Origin: Zancudomyces culisetae HAW-14-8
Taxonomy: Eukaryota; Fungi; Kickxellomycota
NCBI GenBank assembly: GCA_052426225.1
Contig: JBNJNM010000006.1
Coordinates: forward strand, 1,116,001 to 1,180,000
Length of the DNA: 64,000 bases
Direction: 5' to 3'
A model generated the notes under the pieces. It ran no database searches and was not told the DNA's origin. It saw nothing but the letters and a program-made list of their open reading frames with translations. This document shows positions 25,482 to 36,942 of this stretch, piece by piece. The position numbers and the translations under genes are program-made. The stretch's first letter is position 1. Every line of letters begins with the position of its first letter.

Positions 25482-26805
25482 TTTTCTATCTGTGTTTACT
25501 ATTTCCGATACTACTACAAGGTTTTTATCGTAGGTAGTATTAGCTTTAAATCTGCTAAATTATTAGAAAAGCAAAGCTTAGCTTGGGCTTTCAATGTAGC
25601 TTTGCTATAATTTTTTGTGAGCTGTGATAATTCAATATATTTTTACACAGTTATTGCCATACATTGTTTGTAATTGCTTCCCTATTTTGCTATTCAAGTT
25701 CTTTTTTTTTTCTCTTCCTGGCCAATTGCCAGGGGTTTTCTCTTGGACATTGTCACAATTTTTCAACGTTTTTCCTCTTTGCAATTCATGCAGCCAATGT
25801 ATGCGGAATTAGATTGAAAACGAGCGAAAAAATTCGTTGGCAGAAAACGTAAATGAACAGGAAAAACCTGGAAATAATAGATCATGAATACCCCCCCCCA
25901 AAAGCAAACAGACACATGATATATATTTGTTATTACTGGATACCCATGATGCGCTGTAAGTTTTTGTGTGGTTAGTATGTAAGATTATCTTTGTTCTTAG
26001 AAAATGCCTAACAACTCTACTAGTGTCGATTTGTGTAAGGTAGGTAAGAATCAAGAAACGATGATATGAGAACACATCAAGACCACCATGCTCAGTTTAT
26101 CTACTTGCGCGTCTTTTTGTGAGGCCTTTCCTTATTTATTTTTTTGTGATAATCTCAGTGAAATTTGCTCTAAAATAAAGAGAAATAGCAGATATACGAT
26201 TATTGGCCTTGACTTGGCCTTCTTTTTTTGACCACATAGACGAGCTACAAATGCACATATTTTTTCTATTCCTCTGTTATTAATCGCACCCAGGACCAGG
26301 GCCCAGGATCAAAGGCAAAAAAATAAAATAAAGAGAAAGAGAAAGAGAAATTGCAGGACATTGCAACGGCTTTGTGTACTGCGAGCGTTTCGTTATATAT
26401 TTTTTTAGTAGCATTTATAAGTTGTAGCTGCTCTACAGAAAAGAGTACAGTTTGACTGTAAAAGCGAGGTGCTTTCAGGTGCCAAACATCAATCCCAAAC
26501 ACTTAATATTGGAAAGTTGTGAGTTTTTGATGTAACATTTACATTTCACGTGTAAAACAAAATCAATTCTGGCCCTTGATAAAAAAAACCAATACGAAAC
26601 AAGTCAAAGTGCTGAGATTTTCCATGAACATGATTCCAGCTTGCTTTGGTGCTTATTTCAATTCATTTAAATATGCGTCGAATTTCCCCTGTTTTGATAA
26701 ATCCCAGAATCTAAAACTAATAAACAGCTACTAAAGTTAGGGCTAAGTGATAACTACAAAGACTGTATCTATACATTTATTTTTTCTTACTAGTGAACCG
26801 GGAGA

Positions 26806-27684
26806 ATGGCTAACAAAATCAAGCTGTATTTTGACTTTAACTCGTTCTATTCCATTATTTCGATTATCAGGGTTTACCAAATAGTAAAAAATGGAAAAAA
26901 CGCCGTAAGGTCAGGAGTGGAAGGAGCAGGAGCAAAAATGAGCTACCCCTCAACAGACGTGTCCCACCCGGTGTTTTCAAAAGTTGAGTTTGAATTATGC
27001 CCAGTGAACCTTGGTATAGTGTTCAAGAAGGTCAATGGACAGGGTGGGCCATCGATTAAACAGGATTCGCAAAAGGGATTCTATGCTTGGAAAGACGTTT
27101 CCAGAATGTTAAGACAGTTGGGTTTACTTGAAAAGAACTTGGAAAAAGGGCTAAAGGGAGCATGGCCACATAAAACCGATGAGGCACACAAAGTGATTTT
27201 GATACTTAAAAACAAAGACCTGCTCGCCAAGGGAGTAAAAGACATTCCAGATAGCGAAGCCGCCAGCAGAGTATTAGCCAGCTGTGACCCCGATTGGCGA
27301 AACCGAGTACTACAAACTGGTTACACTTTGGGTGACACGGTGGTAGCAGAGTTTGCATACAATGTGGTATACGAGTACTTTATCAACAACAAAAAATTAG
27401 ATAACCACCAAGCACTTTCAGAAATTTTAAACCCGATTATTTCGCGATATGGAATCTCCGCTAGCGCTGAGTACGGTTCGGCCATTGTAAAAACTGCAAT
27501 GATGTCCAAGGCAGTAAAAGACGAGATGATCAGAGTCACAAATGAAGCTGCATCAAAGAAAATGTTCGGTGCACCATTGTTCGAATCAGGAGATGGTGTG
27601 CCATATTGGGGAAATGACAGAATGCTTGACGCTGCAGTTGAAGTATACAATCGAAGTCTTGGAACTGTTAATAGCAAACTTTAA
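26806..27684 (+). CDS. GST-kappa / 2-hydroxychromene-2-carboxylate isomerase (DsbA-like fold)
   Basis: KIKLYFDFNSFYS (family motif YFDF.SPYS), PVNLG.VFK, K..Y..KD..R, FGAP.F, YWGNDRM. Ends in SKL, a canonical PTS1. Confidence 0.85.
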   Translation: MANKIKLYFDFNSFYSIISIIRVYQIVKNGKNAVRSGVEGAGAKMSYPSTDVSHPVFSKVEFELCPVNLGIVFKKVNGQGGPSIKQDSQKGFYAWKDVSRMLRQLGLLEKNLEKGLKGAWPHKTDEAHKVILILKNKDLLAKGVKDIPDSEAASRVLASCDPDWRNRVLQTGYTLGDTVVAEFAYNVVYEYFINNKKLDNHQALSEILNPIISRYGISASAEYGSAIVKTAMMSKAVKDEMIRVTNEAASKKMFGAPLFESGDGVPYWGNDRMLDAAVEVYNRSLGTVNSKL

Positions 27685-28079
27685 GGGCGGTTTTTTAGCA
27701 TTTACTTGTTGTGGTATCATGTTTTGCTTATTCATATTATTTTGTCCGGTTTTATATACTCTTTACCTTAAACTCTGTTCCACACAGGGGTGGATGAGTC
27801 AAATAAATTCCTCTTAGATATCGAAAATACTCAAACCTATCTGCTACTGTTCAGGACTTTCATAAAATTTACTTTTTAGTGAGTTTGGTATCTTATGCCC
27901 TGTAAATACTGATAATTTCAAACCTGCTAACAGTTCGAATAAAGTCTACAGGTATAAAACTCGTTAAATGCGTTGCAATTTATTCCGTTTCTTCTCTTTA
28001 TAAGATGTAACCCAAAACTACAAGAAACCAAATAGTAGCTAAAAAAAAATACCGAGCTTTTTCCAGTACTTAGTCAAAA

Positions 28080-28748
28080 CTATAAAGACGAGTAGGCAAT
28101 GCTATCCAAATCAGTGTAGTGGTTCTCATCTGTACATTTGAATGCATAGATACCATCAATATGAACATCATCGTTTGTATAAGGTATCCTAGCTACAAAA
28201 GCGTCATGATGAGTAGAGTTACCGTTACAGTAATCTGTTTTTTGTACAGATCCACCAATAAAGTGGTATCTGGGCGCAAAGTAAAGCCTTCCGCGGCACT
28301 TAAGGCTATCTACTGTGTAAGTTCTCTGTTCCAGGGCTGCATACTGAATATAGTTGCGCTTATCTGCATTCTTATCTCCATTCTTATCTGCAAGTACCCG
28401 AGACAATGCTTCATAGCTAACTTGATCACTATGTGTCACTGGGTAATACTTTATGTGATAGTTCGAACCGACGCTACATGCTTTAGTGCAATCTATTTCC
28501 CCTGAAATTGGATGAAACTCTGCAGTTCGAGCTTCAACGAAATGAATACCCTCAATTGTATCTGCGTAACACGGATCATTATAAATAACATTTGCATGTT
28601 GCGTTATACCATAGCGCCAGGATGCATCATTTGTGTTATTGCGACTGCCTTTAACCCTACTTGCCTTAGTAATGGCCATAAAGCTAGAGGAGCCTACTAG
28701 TAAAGCGGTGGTATACATCCCCAAACATGCACTAATCAGTCCCATCAT
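28080..28748 (-). CDS. Secreted Cys-containing, beta-rich orphan protein
   Basis: 222-aa intronless ORF with a hydrophobic N-terminus, six Cys in the mature part, and a TATA-like tataaata upstream on the minus strand (~28826-28833). Confidence 0.7.
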   Translation of the reverse strand: MMGLISACLGMYTTALLVGSSSFMAITKASRVKGSRNNTNDASWRYGITQHANVIYNDPCYADTIEGIHFVEARTAEFHPISGEIDCTKACSVGSNYHIKYYPVTHSDQVSYEALSRVLADKNGDKNADKRNYIQYAALEQRTYTVDSLKCRGRLYFAPRYHFIGGSVQKTDYCNGNSTHHDAFVARIPYTNDDVHIDGIYAFKCTDENHYTDLDSIAYSSL

Positions 28749-29645
28749 TTTTTGTTTGTTTGTTATTCTTTTCTTTAAATGCTGCTAGTTTTTCCGAGTT
28801 TGTAATTTTGACGACCGTGTATCGGTATTTATATAACACATGCAATGCAAAGTTTGTTGTGTAAATAGTATACTACTATATAAAACGAATATAGTCTTAG
28901 TAATAGGTTTTCTAGTAAATTTGGTGTTTATTTAATCTAGGTGCACTAGTTTGCAACACCACCGGTTGTAAATACTAAGAACAGTTGAAAACCCTACCAA
29001 GCAGCCAACACTTTCACACTGGTTTTTGTATTCGATCTACCATTTTTAATATACTTTTCTTTCACACACATGTATACTGATAAATATCATGCATAATTAC
29101 CTCTTATACTACTGGTTTGCAGGTTTTAATTTATACCTTTCTTGAATAATAGGTATCATAAAGTTGACATATTGAAAAAATATGTCCAGTTTATCGTGTT
29201 TTTATATCAATGCACTATATAGAAATCTACTTGTGCTTGAAATGGCTTTGAGCGTTATATAGTTCAAGAAATACCTGAACATCCTTAAAAAATGGCAACC
29301 ACACTGTTTTCATATACAAATAGATAGAAGAGTAAGTGGGTGATGTCGAGTGTGTCCAACCAGTAGCGTTTAATTAATTTGATATATTAAACATATCCAG
29401 CTTTGACGTTTTTGGATTCCAGGTTTTGATTTTATTAAGAGCAGGTTCAGACGTAAAAAAAAAAAAATTTGACCAAGGTCATTTTAAATACCTAACTTGT
29501 AATATTATAAACGCTGAAAAAATATCTCTTCCTATCTTTAGCTGCGATCTGTCAGTTTTCAAATAAGTTGAAGTTTAGCACCAACTTCTATCCATCATTT
29601 GAAAAGCCTGTTGAAGGTTTTGTAAATAAAAGGCGTTGAGCGGTT

Positions 29646-31055
29646 TTAGTCCGATTGAGTGGATATTTCAGTCACGGATGAGTTATAACTCTTATTTGCT
29701 CTATCGACATTGTATGATGAAATATTTTCTCCAAAATCAGTAAACTTGAGATCTGGAGGATCATGTGAACGCACACTATTCCTTCTAAAACTCAGAATAT
29801 TCGTAGTATTTACGTAAAGAGCATCTGAGTTCATACTGTTTCCTATAAAATCAAAATCAATAAACCCAGAGAATTTGTAGTGTGCAAAGGGAGAGAACCC
29901 ATTACGATTTTTTTCATCGTGGTCAATAGTCACCAAAAATGGGTGTAGCTCCAGCTTAACATCCTTGTCCTCAATAATATTATATCCAAAGTGAAGAGCA
30001 TCAGAGTTGTTATCCATGTATTCTTCGCTTATACCGCCAAGCGAGCAGAGTGTTTTTGAAGCAAGGTATCCAATTTCAATCAAAATGTATTTTCTATGCA
30101 TACGCTGAGGTGTTTGAGGTAGTGATTTTTCGAGATTATTGGGATTGGCGGTCGTAGTTGAATATCCAGAACCTGTGGTTGCAATAGATGTGAGATCAGA
30201 ATCCATTATTTTTTCAGATCTCGTACTAAGTTTAGTATAAAGTGTTGCAGGCGAAGTCAGAAGATTCATGGAAGCACTATTTTCACTAGAAACTGAACTT
30301 TGAATTTCATCTGAGCTGTTAGATTCGTAGTACGAAGCTACCCTGTATATTCTGTCATAGAGATAATCAACCGGCTTTGTATTAAATCCCACGTGGTTTA
30401 TACCATATGTTCTCAAATCCTTTTCAAATTTTAAGACCACGCCCCTCACAGCACACTTTTCTTGTTTTTCTCCGTAGCACGAGTTGTAGATTACTTCTTT
30501 GATGGGGATATACTCGTATTCATGTGAATAGATAAACTTTTTTGTGTATTCCATCGACACACCTAAAATGTTACTGTCATAGATTGAGGCTCGATCTATT
30601 CTGATTTCAAACGATGAAAACCGCTTATAATTTTCATCATTATGATGATATTTGGGAGCACATGGTTCCGGAACTAGAATAGTTTCTTTATCTATTGGTA
30701 TTCCATAGCAATTGCAGTTCATGGAGTTTAAACCATCATCCTTTGAGAAGCACACATTGACAAGACTGATGTTATCAAACGAAAACACTGAGCTGTATCT
30801 TTTTGGGGTTAAATGGCTACTAAACACATCAAAAATTCCATCGTCACTTGAAGAGAGCCTATTTTTAGAAGGAAGAGATAGTGTGTCTTTATCAATGATA
30901 TCTACAAATCTCGTTGTTTCTGAAGACTTTGGTAAACCAGCTGGCTTTACATCTTCTGTGCTTTCTACGCGAACTGAAAATATAGCCAGAAATACAATAA
31001 CAAACTGTACAACTGAAATCAACATGGTTGTGTTCAAGGTCGGTAGTTTTGACAT
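29646..31055 (-). CDS. Secreted or signal-anchored 469-aa protein with trypsin-like remnants (probable pseudoprotease)
   Basis: N-terminal hydrophobic segment; CNCYGIPIDKETILVPEPCA resembles the S1 motif CGG.LI....ILTAAHC. The CDS itself is well supported; the fold assignment is tentative. Confidence 0.65.
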   Translation of the reverse strand: MSKLPTLNTTMLISVVQFVIVFLAIFSVRVESTEDVKPAGLPKSSETTRFVDIIDKDTLSLPSKNRLSSSDDGIFDVFSSHLTPKRYSSVFSFDNISLVNVCFSKDDGLNSMNCNCYGIPIDKETILVPEPCAPKYHHNDENYKRFSSFEIRIDRASIYDSNILGVSMEYTKKFIYSHEYEYIPIKEVIYNSCYGEKQEKCAVRGVVLKFEKDLRTYGINHVGFNTKPVDYLYDRIYRVASYYESNSSDEIQSSVSSENSASMNLLTSPATLYTKLSTRSEKIMDSDLTSIATTGSGYSTTTANPNNLEKSLPQTPQRMHRKYILIEIGYLASKTLCSLGGISEEYMDNNSDALHFGYNIIEDKDVKLELHPFLVTIDHDEKNRNGFSPFAHYKFSGFIDFDFIGNSMNSDALYVNTTNILSFRRNSVRSHDPPDLKFTDFGENISSYNVDRANKSYNSSVTEISTQSD

Positions 31056-31730
31056 GTTTTTATAGTTGATAAGCGTTTTATTCTGCTTTTACTGGTATTA
31101 TTGTATTGTAGTTGCAGTTGGCGAAAGAAGAGTTAAATATATTAAAAGTGCAAAAATGAATAAAGTTTACAAATTTATACTTTTTCTGACAGTATAGTAT
31201 ATCACGTAAAGCAAATAACAAAATAAAAAGCTCTCACCCCCTCCCTCTCTCCCCCCCCCCCCCCCCCAAAAAAAAGCAACATTAAAAAAGAAGAAAAGAA
31301 AGGGGGAGTCAGCCTACTACTTTACTGGTGGGTTTTAGCTCCAAGTTCCTATTTTGTACTATCACGGCTAATAAAAAGGGAAATGTCTTTATTTTCACCG
31401 AGAATAACTGTACCAACAGAACTAAATAAGTAAAATAACCCACTTTTAACTTGTAAACAAGTTAAAACAGATGAGTGGAATATGTTTATTATTGCAGTTG
31501 GGTTATTCGAAGCAAAGTGTGCATCCGGCAGATACGAGGATGTAACTTTTGAAATGAATACAGCTCAAAAACGTACGTATTCAAGTTGGCTCAGGACCAT
31601 TGAACTTTTATTTATTTATTTAATCTCATGTAGGCAAACACTTATCGAAAAAATTATATAGAGAAGAAGTGAAGAAAAAGAGGCACAGTTTACGATCGTG
31701 TATATACCCATTTGATTTTATTTACGGTTT

Positions 31731-32786
31731 TCACGCTTTAATTCTGTTGTCGTACCATCGTGATTTAACATACAGCAAGACCCTTACAAATAATAGTAAA
31801 AGAGGAACTTCGACCAGCGGACCGATCGTGGCAGCCATGGCTTCGTTGCTAGTTTCTCCGTATACACCGGCTGCGACTGCAATGGCTAGCTCAAAGTTGT
31901 TGGATGCAGCCGTAAAACTATGGACGGATGTAGTTTTGTATGGCACATAGTAGTAGTAGCAGACGTATAGTACAGTGAAAAACATGATGGTAAAGTATAG
32001 AATCAGGGGCACAATTACACGAATCAGTGTTTTTATATTTACAACTATGTCATGTCCTTGGCTCGCAAAAATCACAATGATGACAAAGAGGAGGGCCAGA
32101 AATGAGGTTGGAGAGATAAAAGGCATGAACTTTTCATCATAGAACGACGGTGAGATTCTGCGTAAAATAAGCCTCGTAAGAACCGCGGCAGCGAGGGGAA
32201 TACCCAAAAAGATGAGCACACTCTGAACCACGGGCCACATGTTGATGCCCATAGAAGTACCCTTTGAAAACACGACAACGTAGACGTAGGAAAGAGGTCC
32301 ATAGAGAACCAGCTGTAGCAGCGAGTTTACAGCCACAATAATAGCACAAAGTTCCTCATCACCACCAGCCATTCTGTTCCATATAAGCACCATCGCTATG
32401 CATCTCGCAGTACCAACAAGCATAAGCCCACTACGGTATTCTGGAAGATCTGGTAGTGTGGCCCACCCCAGGGCCAACATGATTGCAGGTGCGATAATCC
32501 AATTGACTACGAGCGAAAACGCAATGTTTTTCCAAAATGTTCTAGTGCTGGCCATTTTGTGCAGAATTTCGTAGCGTACATTGCATAGGATTGGATACAT
32601 CATCCACAGCAGCCCCACGGTCATGGGCACACTGACATTTGCGATTTTTGAAGAGCCAAGTTTATCTTTAACACCGGGCACATAGTATCCAATAAGAACA
32701 CCAGCTAGCATAGTAACAAAAACCCATACGGTCATATATTTGCTCAAAAACCCTAGTTTTTCCTTGTTTTCTCCTTCGTGGCTCAT
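31731..32786 (-). CDS. ACR3: ACR3-family arsenite/antimonite efflux transporter
   Basis: GLLWMMYPILCNVRYE, NWIIAP.IM.ALGWATLPD, G.ARCIAMVLIW, NSLLQ, FLGIPL, FTAASNNFELAIAVA, IGPLVEVP; about 10 TM helices; intronless. Confidence 0.95.
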   Translation of the reverse strand: MSHEGENKEKLGFLSKYMTVWVFVTMLAGVLIGYYVPGVKDKLGSSKIANVSVPMTVGLLWMMYPILCNVRYEILHKMASTRTFWKNIAFSLVVNWIIAPAIMLALGWATLPDLPEYRSGLMLVGTARCIAMVLIWNRMAGGDEELCAIIVAVNSLLQLVLYGPLSYVYVVVFSKGTSMGINMWPVVQSVLIFLGIPLAAAVLTRLILRRISPSFYDEKFMPFISPTSFLALLFVIIVIFASQGHDIVVNIKTLIRVIVPLILYFTIMFFTVLYVCYYYYVPYKTTSVHSFTAASNNFELAIAVAAGVYGETSNEAMAATIGPLVEVPLLLLFVRVLLYVKSRWYDNRIKA

Positions 32787-33846
32787 AGTGATTGCTTATG
32801 TGTCTCTTATTTGATTGAAATTCGTTTCGAGTAGCCTTGTTAATGATTTTTCTTCTTTTGTTGGTATATATTGCGTGTTATGAGCAGAATGCTTCAAATT
32901 TTCTTTTAACTTTGGAAGTATTAGTATCTTTAAAAATGTTTTTTATTATTAACAATAGAATGAAAAGTAAAAGGTGCTATGGCACCATAAAGTTTATTTT
33001 ATTTTATTTTTTCAATTTTCAATTTTTATTTTTTGACGTAAAGTTTATCATGAGAATTTGATAATCAAAAGCTCAACAAATTAATCGGGATATAAAGACA
33101 AATATTAGGTAAAGAAGAAGAGTGCGGAGGTATTATTGGGTTTGCTCAAAGCCCTTAAAGTAACAAAGGAAGGATGTGAGGACAAAAAAAGCTTTTTTCC
33201 TTATTATAGTAGCAAATCATAAAAACAAGAAAAATTCTCACTTGCTATTGTCCCACAATTCTCTCAAAACCTATACTTGCACTTGAACCTGCGCTTTTTT
33301 TTTTGTTTTTTAAAGTTCAGTTTTTGGGCTGCTTCAAAGTACACCTCTCCCGAATGATAATTAGAGTCACGAGGATGCAAATACCACTAACTATGTATAT
33401 TGAGCAAGCATCATGAATACACACCTCCAGCCTTCCTGGGTTATACTGCTCGTTCCATATCTGTTGTGCATTTCTGGAGTTTTATACAAAAGTTTATTTA
33501 TTGTTGCTTTCAACTCTTTACATGGCTTGATAAAACCTGATATAAAAGTAAGGAGGGTTTATGTTCTGGCATACTACTAGCTTATTTAATGGGATGTGTT
33601 CTTCATTTACCATTGAAAAAAAAACAAACAAATATAAATTTATTCAAGTGGTTTGAGTCATAACTAGAACTAAACACACTAATAATAAAGGAAGGGGGGG
33701 GGGAGGGGGGTATAAATGAAAAGGACAAAAAAAATAGTGGCAAGTGTAAAAGACAAATGATACTAAAGAAACAAACTAAGTAAAGTATATTTTATGTGAT
33801 TGATAACAAATAGTAATAAAAATAAATAAAATTTATGAGGTAAAAG

Positions 33847-35340
33847 TTATAGAGAAACTTTAGAAAGGGAATTAGCAGTAGAGTCTAAATCAGGAGAAAG
33901 GGAGGTTCGAGGAAGGGGAGAAGAGTTCGTATCGGAAGATTTATTGAGTTCAGGTTTAGACTTGGATTTAGATTTAGACTTTGACTTGGACCTGGACCTT
34001 GATACTGATTTGGGCTTATTTTTAGGATTAGAATTGGGGTTGGGGTTGGGAGATTTATCTGTGTCACTCTTGGAGTTACTGGAATGACTGGATATATCTG
34101 TGTTATCATGAGATGAAGATGTAGATGATGGAGAGGCAGTGGAGTTAATGGGGGTTAAATTGGTGTTAGAGTTAGAGTTAGGATTAGAGTTGGCGGAGGG
34201 TTTAAAAAACAGAGATTTTTCATTGTTTGCAGAAGAGGAAGAAGAGGGAGTAAAAGCCATGTTTGCTTGCTCGAGAAGATATGAGTCAGAGTCAAGCTTA
34301 CCAACAAACTCGGACATTTCCTTATCCATTGAGGTAAACGAATTTACAGCACTACATACGGCCATATTCCTAGATACACCGACACCAGTGCTTTGAGATT
34401 TGGAGCGACGCCTACTGGTGACCATTGTGGATTGAGGATCTGTAGGACTAGAATCTGAATTTAAATTAGATCCAGAGTTAGGGTTGGAGTTGTTATTAGT
34501 GTTAGTGTTTGTGTTTGTGTTTGTGTTTGCATCGGTGGTATTGTTATTCTGGGGGATAGATAGAAGAACAAGTTGGTCAGCAAAAATGTCTGCTGCTCTA
34601 TTTGATGAGGAAGAGGCAGTCGGAGTTGTAGGTGTGAGGATGGTGTTGGTATCGGAAGTAGGGTTAATTTCAGGGGTAGGATTGGTAGTAGAAATATAGT
34701 TGGGCGTAGAGGTAGGGGATTGGGGGTGAGATGGGAATTGAGGAATAGAAGGGATATCTTTAGTGTCACATTCGATATTGTCATTTTCAATTTCATTGTC
34801 ATTTTTGTTGACATTTTCATTACTATTTTCATGATGGCTGGAATTTTCAATTTCGTGGTCATTTTCGTTGTCGTTTTCGTTGTCATTTTCGTTGTCAGAA
34901 TGCGGGAACTCGGACGAAAAGAAATCCTTGTCTTTAACAATAAAGTCAACAAAGGCATCCCACCGCGGCTGATCAAAACACGGCCTTATCAACAGCTCAA
35001 AGTCTGAGCCATACAGCTCAACTACACGCACAATGGCCTCATATATACCCATCAGATGGCCCATATACCCAAGCTGCGACGAATCATCAGCCGCCTTAAG
35101 CTTGGCAGCTTCTTGAATGCGCAAATCAATCTGAGCATCGCTAAAAAGCGATTTGATTAGTGCTTGGTTTGTGGGATTGTCTAGTCGTAGAGATAAGACT
35201 TGATGCAAGATGTCATATACAACAGAGTGCAAAAAGTTGTTCCAAGGGTACTCAAAAAACAAGTCTACACAGTGTTTCAGTACATTCTGGGAGACGAACT
35301 TGGATCTAACTTGTTCACCGATATATTGTCCAGTATTACT

Positions 35341-35372
<32 letters not shown>

Positions 35373-36942
35373 CGTTGTTATTGTTATTGTTGTTATTGCC
35401 ATTCAGAACATCGATTATAGAAAAATGTAGAATTTCAGCTAGCAATTCACATATTCGAAGACGTTCAAAACCGAGGGGGACAATGGAGCCAATGCTGAGC
35501 TGGATGTGTTTGCGAGATTTCCTTGGATTTTCTAATAAATACATCATCCGGTTGATTTTTTCATGGAGAACCTGCATTATTTGGATCAGACCTTCGCCAG
35601 CCATTTCCTCTACATATACATTTCCTGGCTCAGCCTCGAGACAACTACTCCGGATCAACTCAATTAGCACGTAAACACCGTTGGTCAGACTTGAAGCAGC
35701 ATTTTCAATATTGGAATCAAACATGTAGCCTATCAGCCGGCGAATTACCTTTTCGCTCCGCAAGTCGTCAATAAGCGAAGAAGAGTTAACTCCAGCGGCC
35801 ATGCCGTCTACAGCCATGGCAGCAGCAGCAGCACCCATCATTCCTGCATTCATTCCTGTATTCATTCCCATATTCATTCCCATTCCTACTCCACCCGTAG
35901 CTCCCATGTTCATTCCCATGTTCATTTCGGCCCCCATTCCTATCCTTCCACTGCTCAAAATGACAACTAAATCCATCAGTACCTGTGCTGCCAACCCATG
36001 CGTATCCTCGCTTTGTGCTGGATCCAACATATCAACCAGCTGTTCAACTAGTCCCTGTTCTCGCAGCCAATCTCCAATTCCCAACTCTGGATTACTCGCA
36101 TCGATTCCCACTATCTTTAGCAGCAAATCTATTATCGCTGGTTCTTCCAAATGCTCCATAAACCGCTGGATAACTTGTTCTTGTGCCTTGATAAATCCTA
36201 TTATTTCTCCCTTCTTATACTGTAACAGCATTCCTATTATCTTGGAAAAACATTTTGCCCTTGTGGAATCCATTTGTTCTCGATCCATATGCACAATTTT
36301 CCACAGTCTTTTCAGCAGTTCGGGCTCTCGTTTATTCTCCTCCGCAGCCCTGCTTTCGATTCTTTCATTATTGCTATTGCTGTTGCTATTGCTATTTCTA
36401 CTGCTACTACCTACACTATCATTCTCATTAACATTGTCGTTTTTATTCTCTTTCTCGTTTCTTTCGCTTTCAATGTTCGTCTCTTCTGCAATTCCCCCCG
36501 CTTCACTATTCGTCTCCAGTTCCATCTCTTCTCCTTTTGTACTATCTTTTTCTTCTTGGTCCTCTCCATATATCATAATCAATGCATCTCGGAGTGGCCA
36601 ATTGTCACTGGTTAGAATCTCGCTTGCCAGTATCATTTCCCGCCTATCTTTTGTTTCTTTTTCTTCCGCTATATACTCCACCATTTGTCTCATATTTTGC
36701 CATTCTGTCAAACTATTTTATTTATTTATTATTTTTATTATTATCACCATTTATATCTTTGGTACACCACAAACAATAATTAGATTAAGAATGTCTTACA
36801 ATTCCATAAGCTTGAGATTATGCGATTTAACCTCTGATAACAGTTCATCTTCGTTGAAGATTTCCGTCAGCGTTGTTCCTTCTTCTCGTTCGAGAAGCAT
36901 CTCTACTTTGGAAACGTGATGAAAACCAAATCTCCACAACAT
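33847..36942 (-). CDS. SIT4/PP6 phosphatase regulatory subunit (SAPS family), 2 exons (36942-36800, 36712-33847)
   Basis: MLWRFGF...S.VE.LL, EDELLSEVK..N.KL.EFL, PLGFERLRICEL.AE.LH, LFFEYPWNNFLHSVVYDI, LGYMGHL; long N/S/D low-complexity tail. Confidence 0.92.

Noticed and set aside
31731-32786. ACR3 as a recent bacterial horizontal transfer
   Set aside because: It is compact and intronless, but motifs such as MMYPILC.VRYE and WATLPDLP look like the fungal ACR3 type and there are no ars operon neighbours; a phylogeny would be needed.
35801-36919. 372-aa plus-strand ORF, and similar ones at 48667-49539, 107-637 and 23413-24012
   Set aside because: Antisense to well-supported genes; explained by skewed codon use and without recognisable motifs.
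14599-36942. Phospho-signalling 'cluster' (Far11, pseudo-14-3-3, SAP)
   Set aside because: The genes are far apart and separated by unrelated genes; consistent with chance.
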